DNA of 64,000 nucleotides from Azolla caroliniana. Lineage: Eukaryota > Plantae > Polypodiophyta. The DNA is taken from positions 8,556,001 through 8,620,000 of the forward strand of contig JBHGNT010000007.1 in the NCBI GenBank assembly GCA_043228905.1, read 5' to 3'. The notes under the pieces are model-generated. The model was not told where the DNA came from, searched no databases, and saw only the letters and a list, made by a program, of their open reading frames with translations. Both the position numbers and the translations under genes were made by a program. Shown piece by piece: positions 24,113-36,300 of this stretch (within the stretch, counting starts at the first letter, position 1; each line of letters opens with the position of its first letter).

Positions 24113-26414
24113 CCCTTCTTTCTCTTTCTCCTTTCTATCTATCATTTGTTTATCCTTATCTTAAGCTTACTTTAGTACCTAGATCTCTAATATAGTAGTA
24201 TTTAATTTCCCTAAACATTTAAACTTATACATCCAAAGAATGTGTTTCTATACATCCAAAGAACGGAAAGGATGCATGTGATTGCTTGGAAAGATTTGTG
24301 TCACTATTGTCATTGCTTATATTTCTTGGTGTGAAATCAATATCAACGTAGTAGTATTGAATTTCCCTAAACATTTAAACTTTCTCGTGACTAGACTGTG
24401 TTTCCCAACTTTAAAAGAACGGAGAGGATGCATGTGATTGCTTCGAAAGGTTTGTGTCACTATTGTCATTGTTATATTTCTTGGTGTGAAAACAATATCA
24501 AAGTACACTATTTAATTTTCCTAAACATTTAAACGTTCTCGCGAGTAGACTATGTTTCATACATCCAAAGAACGAAAAGAATGCATGTGATTTCTTCGAA
24601 AGATTCATAACATTCTTGGAATTTGTTATATTTCTTGGTGTGAAAACAATATCAAAGAAGGACTATTTATTTCCCTACACATTTAAAATAACTAGCTTTA
24701 ATTAATTTTATCATGTAATTTTGCTGAGTGGTTAAGGCGTGTGTCTGTTAAGTACATGGTGTGTGCCCGCGAGAATTCGAATTTCTAAGGTGATGATTTC
24801 TTGCTAGACTGTGCTTCCATACAGATAAAGAATGGAAAGGATGCATGGGATTGCTTCGAAAGATTTGTATCACTATTGTCATTGCTTATATTTCGTGATG
24901 TGAAATCAATATCGAAGTAGTAAAATTTAATTTCCCTAAACATTAAACTTTCTCGCCTGTAGACTGTGTTTCCCTACATCCAAAGAACGGAAAGCATACA
25001 TGTAATTGCTTCAAAAGATTTGTGTCACTATTGTCATTGTTTATATTTCTTGGTGTGAAAACAATATTAGAGTATTACTATTTAATTACATTTAGAATTT
25101 GTAAGGAGTAGACTTTGTTTCCATACATCCAAAGAATTGAAAGCATACATGTGAATCCTTAGAAAGATTTGTGTCACTATTGTCATTGGTTGTATATTTT
25201 CGTGCGACAACAATATCGGAGTACACTATTTAATACCTCTAAATTTCATCACCAGTAATTAAGTTTATCAAGTCACGTTGGCCAGGTGGTTAAGGCGTGT
25301 GCCTGCTACGTACATGGGGTCTCCCCGCGAGAGTTCAAATCTCTCAGGTGACGACTTCTTGCAATATTGTGTTTCTATATATCAAAAGACTTGAAGGGTT
25401 ACATGTGATTCCTTGGAAAGCTTTCTGTCACAATTGTCATTGCTTATATTTCTTGCTGTGAAATCAATATCGAAGTAGTAAAATTTAATTTCCTTAAACA
25501 TTTAAACTTTCTCGCGAGTAGATTGTGTTTCTATACATCCAAAGAACGAAAAGGATGCATGTGATTGCTTGGAAAGATTTGTATCACTATTATCATTGCT
25601 TATATTTCTTGTTCTTAAAACAATATGGGAGTTGTAATATTTAATTTTCATAAACAATTAAAGTTTCAATTTAAATTTTATAACTAGTTTCAAATTTTAT
25701 TTTTGTCAAGTCACTTTGGCCGAGTGGTTAAGGCGTGTGCCCGCTAAGTACATGCAGTCTCCCCACGAGAGTTCGAATCTCTCAAGTGACAACTTCAATG
25801 TAGAAAATATTTCCATTCAAGCAAAAAACAGAAACAATACAAGTGATTGCGTAAAATGATTTGTATAAACATTGTCGTTGGTTGTATTTCGTGGTGTTAA
25901 AACAGTATCACAGTAGTACTATTTAATTGCCCTACACATTTAACATAACTAGTTTTAATTAATTTTATCATGTCCCTTTTGCCGAGTGGTTAAGGCGTGT
26001 GCCTGCTCAGTACATGGGGTCTCCCCGCGAGAGTTCGAATCTCTCAGGTGACGACTTCTTGCAATATTGTGTTTCCATATATCCAAAGACTGGAAGGGTT
26101 ACATGTGATTACTTGGAAAGCTTTCTGTCACTATTAGCATCGCTTAAATTTCTTGTTGTGAAATCAATATTGAAGTAGTAGTATTTAATTTCCCTAAAGA
26201 TTTAAACTTTCTCGCGAGTAGATTGTGTTTCTATACATGCAAAGAACGGAAAGGATGCATGTGATTCCTTGGAAAGATTTGTATCACTATTATCATTGCT
26301 TATAATTCTTGTTGTGAAAACAATATGGGAGTAGTACTATTTAATTTTCCTAAACATTTAAACTTTGAATTTAAATTTTATAACTAGTTTTAATTCAAAT
26401 TTAATTTTTGTCAA

Positions 26415-26496
26415 GTCACTTTGGCCGAGTGGTTAAGGCGTGTGCCTGCTAAGTACATGGGGTCTCCCCGCGACTGTTCGAATCTCTCAGGTGACG
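26415..26496 (+). pseudogene. tRNA-Ser(GCU) copy with disrupted T stem
   Basis: Consensus except that the 5' strand of the T stem reads GACTG instead of GAGAG. Confidence 0.7.
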
Positions 26497-27102
26497 ACTT
26501 CATTGTAGAAAATATTTCCATTCAAGCAGAAAACAATATTTCCATTCAAGTAGATTTGTATCACTATTGTCATTAGTTATATTTCTTATTGTGAAGACAA
26601 TATCTTAATAGTACTATTTAATGTCCATAAATTTCATAACTAGTAATTAAGTTTACCAAGTCACTTTGGCCGAGTGGTTAAGGCGTGTGCCTGCTCAGTA
26701 CATGGGGTCTCCCCGCGAGAGTTCGAATCTCTTACGTCACGACTTCTTGCAATATTGTGTTTCTATATTTCCAAATACTTGAAGGGTTACATGTGATTCC
26801 TTAGAAAGCTTTCTGTGACTATTGTCATCGCTTATATTTCTTGCTTTGAAATCAATATTGAAGTAGTAGCATTTAATTTCCCTAAAGATTTACACTTTCT
26901 CGCGAGTAGATTGTGTTTCTATACATCCAAAGAACGGAAAGGATGCATGTGATTCCTTGGAAAGATTTGTATCACTATTATCATTGCTTATATTTCTTGT
27001 TCTTAAAACAATATGGGAGTAGTACTATTTAATTTTCCTAAACATTTAAACTTTGAATTTAAATTTTATAACTAGTTTTAATTCAAATTTAATTTTTGTC
27101 AA

Positions 27103-27184
27103 GTCACTTTGGCCGAGTGGTTAAGGCTTATGCCTACTAAGTACATGGGGTCTCCCCGCGAGAGTTCGAATCTCTCAAGTGACG
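27103..27184 (+). pseudogene. tRNA-Ser variant copy, anticodon ACT, weakened anticodon stem
   Basis: A and B boxes intact. Loop CTACTAA, stem TATGC/GTACA. Confidence 0.6.
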
Positions 27185-28528
27185 ACTTCATTGTAGAAAA
27201 TATTTCCATTCAAGCAGAAAACAGAAACGATACAGTTGATTGCGTAAAATTATTTGTATACACATTGTCATTGGTTGTAGTTCGTGGTATTAAAACAGTA
27301 TCACAGTAGTACTATTTAATTTCCCTACACATGTAACATAACTAGTTTTAATCAATTTTATCATGTCCCTTTGGCCGAGTGGTTAAGGCGTGTGCCTGCT
27401 AAGTACATGGGGTTTCCCCGTGAGAGTTCTAATCTCTCAGGTGACGACTTCCTTAAATATTGTGTTTCCATATATCCAAAGACTTGAAGGTTACATGTGA
27501 TTCCTTGGAAAGCTTTCTGTGACTATTGTCATCGCTTATATTTCTTGCTTTGAAATCAATATTGAAGTCGTAGTATTTAATTTCCCTAAAGATTTAAACT
27601 TTCTCTCGAGTAGAATGTGTTTCTATACATCCAAAGAACGGAAAGGATGCATGTGATTGCTTGGAAAGATTTGTATCGCTATTATCATTGCTTATATTTC
27701 TTGTTCTGAAAACAATATGGGAGTAGTACTATTTAATTTTCGTAAACATTTAAACTTTCAATTTAAATTTTATAACTACTTTCAAATTTAGTTTTTGTCA
27801 AGTCAGTTTGGCGGAGTGGTTAAGGCGTGTACCTGCTAAGTACATGGGGTCTCCCCGCAAGAGTTCGAATCTCTTAGGTGACGACTTCATTGGAGAAAAT
27901 ATTTCCATTCATGCAGAAAACAGAAACGATACAGGTGATTGCGTAAAATGATTTGTATAAACATTGTCATTGGTTGTATTTCGTGGTGTTAAAACAGTAT
28001 CACAGTAGTACTATTTAATTTCCCTACACATTTAACATAACTAGTATTAATTAAGTTTATCACGTTACTTTGGCCGAATGGTTAAGGCGTGTGCCTGCTA
28101 AGGACTTGGGGTCTCCTCGTGAGAGTTTGATTCTCTTAGGTGACGACTTCTTGCAAAATTGTGTTTCCATACATCCAAACTACGGAAAGGATGTATGGGA
28201 ATCCTTTGAAAGATTTGTGTCACTATTTTGATTGGTTATATTTCTTGGTTTAAAATCAATATTGATGTAATCGCATTTATATTCCCTAAAAATTTAAACT
28301 TCTCGCGAGTAGACTATGTTTACATACATCCAAGGAACGGAAAGGATGCATGTGATTTCATCAAAAGATTCGTAGTAGTATTAGAATTTGTTATATTTCT
28401 TGGTCTGAAAACAATATCGGAGTAGGACTCTTTAATTTCCCTCCACATTTAACATAACTAGTTTTAATTAATTTTATTATGTCCCTTTGGCCGAGTGGTT
28501 AAGGCGTGTGTTTGCTAAGTACATGGGG

Positions 28529-28935
28529 AGAACTAATCGGTTATTTCACACTCAAGAATATATCACATGCTAATGAATATATGACGTCTACATACATATC
28601 ATCTATGCAATCAAGAATATTCCTACATGGTTACATAGTTGTGCACACATAAAATTGAATTAAGTTATGAGAGGAAGAGAATGGATAGTGTAAACACAAT
28701 AAACTACACTATTTTCTCATGGTGTAATGATTAGATTCCTTGCCATACACTTAGGGGTCCCTAACAATAAGATGACATGATGATGCACAATTAATTAAGA
28801 AGATAACGAAAGACCCATCTTCAATGAATGTGAAGCCTTGAGTAATTTACCAAAGCATGCATTTTAGCCAACAAGTATTAGTAGATTAAGGTATGTTACA
28901 ATGAATATGGATTTATCCAACACACCATTATCCCC
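28529..28935. other. Non-satellite ~400-bp insert truncating a tRNA copy; possibly an LTR fragment
   Basis: Unrelated to the monomer. The minus strand begins GGGGATAATGGTG-TGTTGGATAAA, resembling a PPT followed by an LTR start. Confidence 0.4.
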
Positions 28936-29826
28936 AAGAACGGAAAGGATGCATTGGATTGCTTTGAAAGATTTGTGTCACTATTGTCATTGCTTATATT
29001 TCTTGGTGTGAAATCAATATCGAAGTAGTAGTATTTAATTTCCCTAAACATTTAAACTTTCTCGCGAGTAGATCTTGTTTCACAACTTCAAAAGAACGCA
29101 GAGGATGCATGTGATTGCTTCGAAAGATTTGTGTCACTATTATCATTATTATATTTCTTTGTGTGAAAACAATATCAGAGTACACTATTTAATTTTCCTA
29201 AACATTTAAACTTTCTCGCGGCTAGACTGTGTTTCAATACATCCAAAGGATGGAAAGGATGCATGTGATTGCTTGCAAAGATTTGTATCACTATTATCAT
29301 TGCTTATAATTCTTGTTGTGAAAACAATATGCGAGTAGTACTATTTAATTTTCCTAAACATGTAAACTTTCAATTTAAATTTTATAACTAGTTTTAATTC
29401 AAATTTAATTTTTGTTAAGTCACTTTGGCCGAGTGGTTAAGGCGTGTGCTTGCTAAGTACATGGGGTCTTCCCGCGAGAGTTCGAACCTCTGAGGTGATG
29501 AGTTCATTCGAGAAAATATTTCCATTCATGCAAAAAACAGAAACGATACATGTGATTGCGTAGACTGTGTTTATAGACATCGAAACAATTCAAGGAATAC
29601 ATGTCATTAGTTCGAAAGATTTTGCTTTACTATTGTCTTTGGTTATATTTCTTGGTGTGAAAACAATATTGAAGTAGTAGTATTTAATTTCCCTAAACAG
29701 TTAAACTTTCTCGCGAGTAAATTTGTATCACTATTGTCATTAGTTATATTTCTTATTGTGAAAACAATATCTTAGTAGTAGTATTTAATGTCCCTAAATT
29801 TCATAACTAGTAATTAAGTTTATCAA

Positions 29827-29908
29827 GTCACTTTGGCCGAGTGGTTAAGGCGTGTGCCTGCTAAGTACATGGGGTCTCCCTGCGAGAGTTCGAATCTCTC
29901 AGGTGACG
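29827..29908 (+). tRNA. trnS-GCU: tRNA-Ser(GCU), apparently intact cloverleaf
   Basis: Acceptor stem GTCACTT/AGGTGAC plus G discriminator, D stem GCC/GGC, anticodon stem TGTGC/GTACA with loop CTGCTAA (GCT at 29860-29862), long variable arm GGGG-TCT-CCCT, T arm GAGAG-TTCGAAT-CTCTC. Matches plant nuclear tRNA-Ser(GCU) as recalled. Confidence 0.85.
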
Positions 29909-30264
29909 AGCTCTTGCAATATTGTGTTTCTATATATCCAAAGACTTGAAGGGTCACATGTGATTCCTTGGAAAGCTTTCTGTCACTATTGTCATCGCTT
30001 ATATTTCTTGCTGTGAAATCAATATTGAAGGAGTAGTATTTAATTTCCCTAAACATTTAAACTTTCTCGCGGGTAGACTATGTTTCTATATATCCAAAGA
30101 ACGGAAAGGATGTATGTGATTGCTTGGAAAGATTTGTATCATTATTATCATTCCTTATATTTCTTGTTCTGAAAACAATATGGGAGTAGTACTATTTAAT
30201 TTTCGTAAACATTTAAACTTTCAATTTATATTTTATAACTACTTTCAAATTTAATTTTTTTAAA

Positions 30265-30346
30265 GTCACTTTGGCCGAGTGGTTAAGGTGTGTGCCTGCT
30301 AAGTACATGGGGTCTCCCCGCGAGAGTTCGAATTTCTCAGGTGACG
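30265..30346 (+). tRNA. trnS-GCU: tRNA-Ser(GCU), near-intact (two C>T changes giving G-U pairs)
   Basis: 82-nt copy. D stem GCC/GGT, T stem GAGAG/TTCTC, anticodon GCT. Confidence 0.7.
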
Positions 30347-33337
30347 ACTTCATTGGAGAAAATTTTCCATTCATGCAGAAAACAGAAACGATATAGGTGA
30401 TTGCGTAAAATGATTTGTATAAACATTGTCATTGGTTGTATTTCGTGGTGTTAAAACAGTATCACAGTAGTATTATTTAATTTCCCTACACATTTAATAT
30501 AACTAGTATTAATTATGTTTATCACGTTACTTTGGACGAGTGGTTAAGGCGTGTGCCTCCTAATTACCTGGGGTCACCTCGCGAGAGTTCGATTCTCTTA
30601 GGTGACGACTTCTTGCAAGACTGTGTTTCCTTACATCCAAACCACGGAAAGGATGTATGGGAATCCTTTCAAAGATTTGTGTCACTATTGTGATTGGTTA
30701 TATTTCTTCGTGTGAAATCAATATCGAAGTAGTAGTATTTAATTTCCCTAAACATTTAAACTTTCTCGCCAGTAAACTGTGTTTCCCAATTTCAAAAAAC
30801 TGAGAGGATGCATGTGAATGCTTCGAAAGATTTGTGTCACTATTGTCATTGTTATATTTCTTTGTGTGTAAACAATATCAGAGTACACTATTTAATTACA
30901 TTTCGACTTTCTAACGAGTAGACTTTGTTTCCATACATCCAAAGAATTGAAAGCATACATGTGAATCCTTAGAAAGATTCGTGTCACTATAGTCATTGGT
31001 TGTATTTTTTCGTGCGAAAAAAGTATTGGAGTAGTACAATTTAATTTTCCTAAACATATAAACTTTCTTGCGAGTAGACTGTGTTTATAGACATTGAAAC
31101 AATTCAAGGAATACATGTCATTAGTTCGAAAGATTTTGCTTTGCTATTGTCATTGGTTATATTTCTTGGTGTGAAAACAATATTGAAGTAGTAGTATTTA
31201 ATTTCCCTAAACAGTTAAACTTTCTCGCGAGTAGATTTGTATCACTATTGTCATTAGTTATATTTCTTATTGTGAAAACAATATCTTAGTAGCAGTATTT
31301 AATGTCCTTAATTTTCATAACTAGTAATTAAGTTTATCAAGTCACTTTGGCCAAGTGGTTAAGGCGTGTGCTTGCTAAGTACATGGGGTCTCCCCGCGAG
31401 AGTTCGAATCTCTCAGGTGAGGAGCTCTTGCAATATTGTGTTTCTATATATCCAAAGACTTGAAGGGTTACATGTGATTCCTTGGAACGCTTTCTGTCAC
31501 TATTGTCATCACTTATATTTCTTGATGTGAAATCAATATTGAAGTAGTAGTACCTTTTTCCCCTAAACATTTAAACTTTCTCGCGAGTAGAGTGTGTTTC
31601 CATACATCGAAAGAATATAAGGGTTACATGTGATTGCTTCGAAAGATTTGTGGCACTATTGTTATTGCCTATATTTCTTGGTGTGAAATTACTATTTATT
31701 TTCCCTAAACATTTAACCTTTCTCGCGAGTAGACTATGTTTCCATACATCTAAAGAACGGAAAGCATGGATGGGATTGCTTCGAAAGATTTGTGTCACTA
31801 ATGTTATTGCTTATATTTCTTGGTGTCAAATCAATATTGAAATAGTACTATTTATTTTCCCTAAACATTTAAACTTTCTTGCGAGTAGAATATGTTTCCA
31901 TACATCCAAAGAACTAAAAGGATGCATGTGTTTGCTTCAAAGAATTTGTGTCACTAATTTCATTGGTTTTATTTCTTGTTGTGAAAACAATATCTCAATA
32001 GGACTATTTAATTTCGCTTAATTTCATAACTAGTAATTAAGTTTATCAAGTCACTTTGGTCGAGTGGTTAAGGCGTGTGCCTGCTAACTACATGGGGTCT
32101 CCCAGGGAGAGTTCTAATCTCTGAGGTGATGAATTGTTGGAATACTGTGTTTCCATACATCCAAAGAGTTGAAGGGTTGCATGTGATTGCTTCAAAAGAT
32201 TTGCGTCACAATTTTCATTGCTTATATTTCTTGGTGTGAAATCAATATGAATGTGAATTTAATTTCCCTAAACATTTAAACTATGAATTCTTCTAAAGGA
32301 TGAATGTGAATTCTTCTGAAGATTTGTGTCACTATTGTCATTTGTTATATTTCTTGTTGTGAAAACAATATCGGAGTAGTACAATTTAATTTCCCTTAAT
32401 TTTATAAGTAGTTTCAATTTACGTTTTATCAAGTCACGTTGGCCTAGTGGTTAAGGCTTGTGCCTACTAAGTACATAACGTCTCCTGTTGAGAGTTCGAA
32501 TCTCATAGCTGAGAACTTATTGCAAGATGGTTTATTCATACATCCAAAGAATTGAAGGGTTACATATGATTTCATAGATTTTGTGTCACTATTATCATTG
32601 GTTATATTTGTTGGTGTGAAAAACTATCGTCGTAGTACTATTTAATTTCGCTAAACATTTATATTTGTTGGTGTGAAAACAATATCATAATAGTATTAAA
32701 AATTTAATTTTAGTCAAGTCACCTTGGCCAAGTGGTTATGGCGTGTGCCTGCTAAGTACCTGGGGTGTCACTGTGAGAGTTCGAATCTCTAAGGTGACGA
32801 CTGCATGGGAGATAAAGTTTCCATACATGCAAAAAATTGAAATGACACACGTAATCGCTGAGAATGATTTGTATCAATATTGTCAATGGTTGTATTTCTT
32901 GGTGTGAATATTTTCCTAAACATTTAAACTTTGTTGCGAGTACACTGTGTTTCCATTCATCCAAAGAAATAAAGGAATACATGTAATTGCTTCGGAAGCT
33001 TTTTTGTCACTATTGTTATTGGTTTGATTTCTTGGTGTGAAAACAATATCAACGTCGTATTATTTAATTTCCTTGAACATTTAAAGTTTCTATTTTCTTT
33101 TTATAAGTAAATTCAATTTATGTTTTATCAAGTCACGTTGGTCGAGTGGTTAAGGCTTGTGCCTGCTAAGTACATGGCGTCTCCTCCTGAGAGTTTGAAT
33201 CACGTAGTTGAGAACTTATTGCAAGATTGTCTTTCCATAGATCTAGAGAATTGAAGTGATACAATCGATTGCTGCAAAAGATTTTGTGTCACTATTATCA
33301 TTGGTTATATTTCATGGTCTAAAAACAGTATCGGAGT

Positions 33338-36300
33338 GCTAGGTCCGCTAGTGTGCGATAGTCCTGCGCTAGGTCCTCGCATACTGCCACAATGCTTTCC
33401 TCATTGAGTTTGTAGAACCCTCGGCCATCTTTCCTTCGGTTCTCCCAGTCCGCCCGGTACGTATGCAATTCCGCCGCTTCTGTAGCCCACGCCATCCATC
33501 CTTTGTCTAGCGCCAATTTTAATTGCGTCGTAAACCTCTCCCAATTCGTTTGCAGAAGGATGCGCACGTTGTTTGTTATGGCTTGGCAACGGTTGTGTGC
33601 TTCTTCTACAAATTTCTTGACGTTTGCAATTTCTTGTTTACTAACCACCGCGGCTTCCTCATAAGTGCTCCTCATTCCTGCCTAGAGCTGAGATTCCTTC
33701 GAATGTAGTTCTTCTAGTTTTCCCATTTCATTGTTTAGGCAGATTTCTAGCTGATGTCTCCTCTCCTATTCTCCAACAAGCTGCTTTCTTCTTCTCCATT
33801 AAGGCCCGGAGTCCCGCGATTGCCGCTTCCGATTTTTTCGCTTCCTCCTGTAATTGGGCATTTTCTTCTTTCGTCTGGGAGTGTTGTCCTGTCTCCGCTG
33901 CGAGTTTCTCTTCGAGGGTTTCCACTGCCTTTCGGCCGTTGGCCCGGATGTCCTTTTCTCTGTCCGAGGGCTGGCGAAGTTCAGCACAGAGACGGTCAAT
34001 CTCTAATTCCGCTAGTTGCACGACCCATTTCGCTTTCGAGGCAATGGCGGTCTGAGCTTCAATTTCTTCCCTCAGGACTTCGTCGTCGTTGGTTGTTGGT
34101 GGAGCTACCAATTGCACCATAGTCGCATTATTTTCCAACTCTGTGATGCGTTCATTGGCCTTTTGTAGCTCGGCTTGGGTTAGTTTAACCTTTTTCCAGA
34201 CATTTTGATTTTTAATCGCCATATCCTTGGCGCCCATACTGACCTTTGCCAGTTTCCTATGAACTTTGACAAGGACCGTGTTTAATGGGCGTAGTTCCAT
34301 CCCCATTTTGCGTATACCAGCGTTCCTTTGCCTGCGGACTCTAGCTAACTGATCCTCATCATCGATTTCCGCCGTTTGTGTTAACGTGCGCTCGATCATT
34401 TGGCACTCCGCATGCTCCTCGGCCGTTCGTTGTGAGACTTTTTATCTGTTGCGTTTGTAAGAATTCCATGAGTTCAAAAGTGGTTCCAAATTGTAATAGT
34501 GCGCCGAACTCATGGGCCGTCTCCGGAATGTCCGGACACGCCAGGACCTCACTTTCCGCCGTCAATATGGCTTTCCCCCATTGTGACTGGGTCGTAATGA
34601 TCGGCCACGGTTCCCGGATTACTTCGAAGGTTGTGTTGGGCTCCGTAGCTACGGAGCTGTTGCCCACGGTCGTCGTCTCGGTGGCCGCGAGTGTGTCTTT
34701 AACTAACCTGTGCCTACCTTTCCTTTCCAGTCTCCGCCGTTTCAGCCTTGGGCTTTCCTGTCGTGGTTCAGCTTCCGGCTCCGGTGCCGCTTCCTCGGTG
34801 CGCTTAGTCTGCTCTTCATGTGTGGTTCGCGTGTTCGGCTGGGCGGGTTGGGGTTCATCCTCCCACTCTGTGGTGGCTAACTCCGCTAACCTTTGCTTCG
34901 CGAATCGAGGCGACGACATGGGTTTGTTGGGCTACAGTGCCTGTAGACCTCGAGGTGAGAATAGTATCATCAGATACTGTTGTATGATAGGCCCGAGCCT
35001 AATCTCATTGACTATCTTTTTGAGGATAGTTTGGAGGGTTTTGTTCGTGGATTCCGCCAAGCCATTCGCCTGCAGGTAATACGACGCACTTTTTTTTGTG
35101 CACCACAGCATAATGTTGGGTCAGTTCGCTAATGACTGTATTCAGAAAGTGACTCCCTTGGTCACTAATGAGCTCGATAGGGTAGTCGAAACAACACCAA
35201 ATGTGTTAGTAAAAGAATTTCGCGGTGACTGCCGCGGTATTCTCGCGCACTGGGTTCGCTTCTACCCACTTGGTATAGTAATCTGTGGCCACCAGGATAT
35301 ACTTATTGCCTGTTCGAGCGACCGCTAGGGTAATGGGTCCCACAAAATCTAGCCCCCACTTTTCGAAAGGATCCAATGGTAACATTGGTTGGTGTGGCAT
35401 TCTCACGACTTCCGTGGGATGGCCCAGTCATTAACATAAATCGCACTGTTTGCAATATTCATACGCGTCCTTTTGCGTCGTCGGCCATCAAAGTCCTGCT
35501 TGCCAAATTTTCTGGGCCGTAACATCACCCGCATAATGTCCTCCCGCCGTACCACAATGGGCTTCACGTAGAACCTCGGCCTTCTCGTCTTGTCGTATTC
35601 TGCGCTTCCAGATGCCGTCACTGCCCTTGTGGTATAGTATGTCTGCAACTAAACAGAAATTTCGACTTCGTACGACCAACCGTTTTTTCTCGTCCATCCG
35701 TAATTGAGGTGGCGGTAACCGCATGGTCAGGAAGTAGTTCATTTCCATGAGACACCGAACCGGGAAAGTCTTTTCCGTTCGTTCTGCAAGCGTTGCTACC
35801 CGCAGAATGTCCGCATCCGGAAAGTCATCATCATTGTTCTGCGCCGTCTGCTCAAAAAATATGCCATTACGTGTTCTGTACCTGGGCGGTGCTGAATTAC
35901 AAAGTCAAATTCTTGAAGCAACAACATCCATCTCGCCAATTTCCCCGTCAGCGCTTGTTTCCCTACCAAATATAGCAGTGCTAAATGATCCATGTGAAAC
36001 GCGAATTTCCGCCCTAGCAGATAATGCAGGAACTTATTGATGTTGTAGATCATACCCAATGCCGCACGTTCCGTTGTGGAATAGTTACGCTCAGTCGTTG
36101 ATAATTTCCGACTAGCGTAGTACACCGGCCGGTACCAATTCGGCTTCGTGAGCTGCATTAGCGCACTACCTATTGCTATGTCCGAGGCATCTACGAACAC
36201 GTGCAATGGCTTCGCCCAAACTGGTGGTTGTACAACAGGTGCCTGCGTTAGCATTACCTATAGCACATCATATGCCTTCTCTTCCGTAGCTGTCCATTGG

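Larger units (their letters stand above)
24190..33337 (+). repeat. 156-bp satellite with tRNA-Ser(GCU) cassettes, block 2
   Basis: Same monomer. 20 tRNA copies start at 24715, 25272, 25710, 25972, 26415, 26660, 27103, 27365, 27802, 28064, 28481 (truncated), 29419, 29827, 30265, 30526, 31341, 32050, 32433, 32718 and 33132. Confidence 0.95.

Noticed and set aside
24715-33213. Conserved ~80-bp units separated by spacers, superficially like a CRISPR array
   Set aside because: The units are tRNA-Ser copies, the spacers are homologous satellite monomers, there are no cas genes and the context is eukaryotic.
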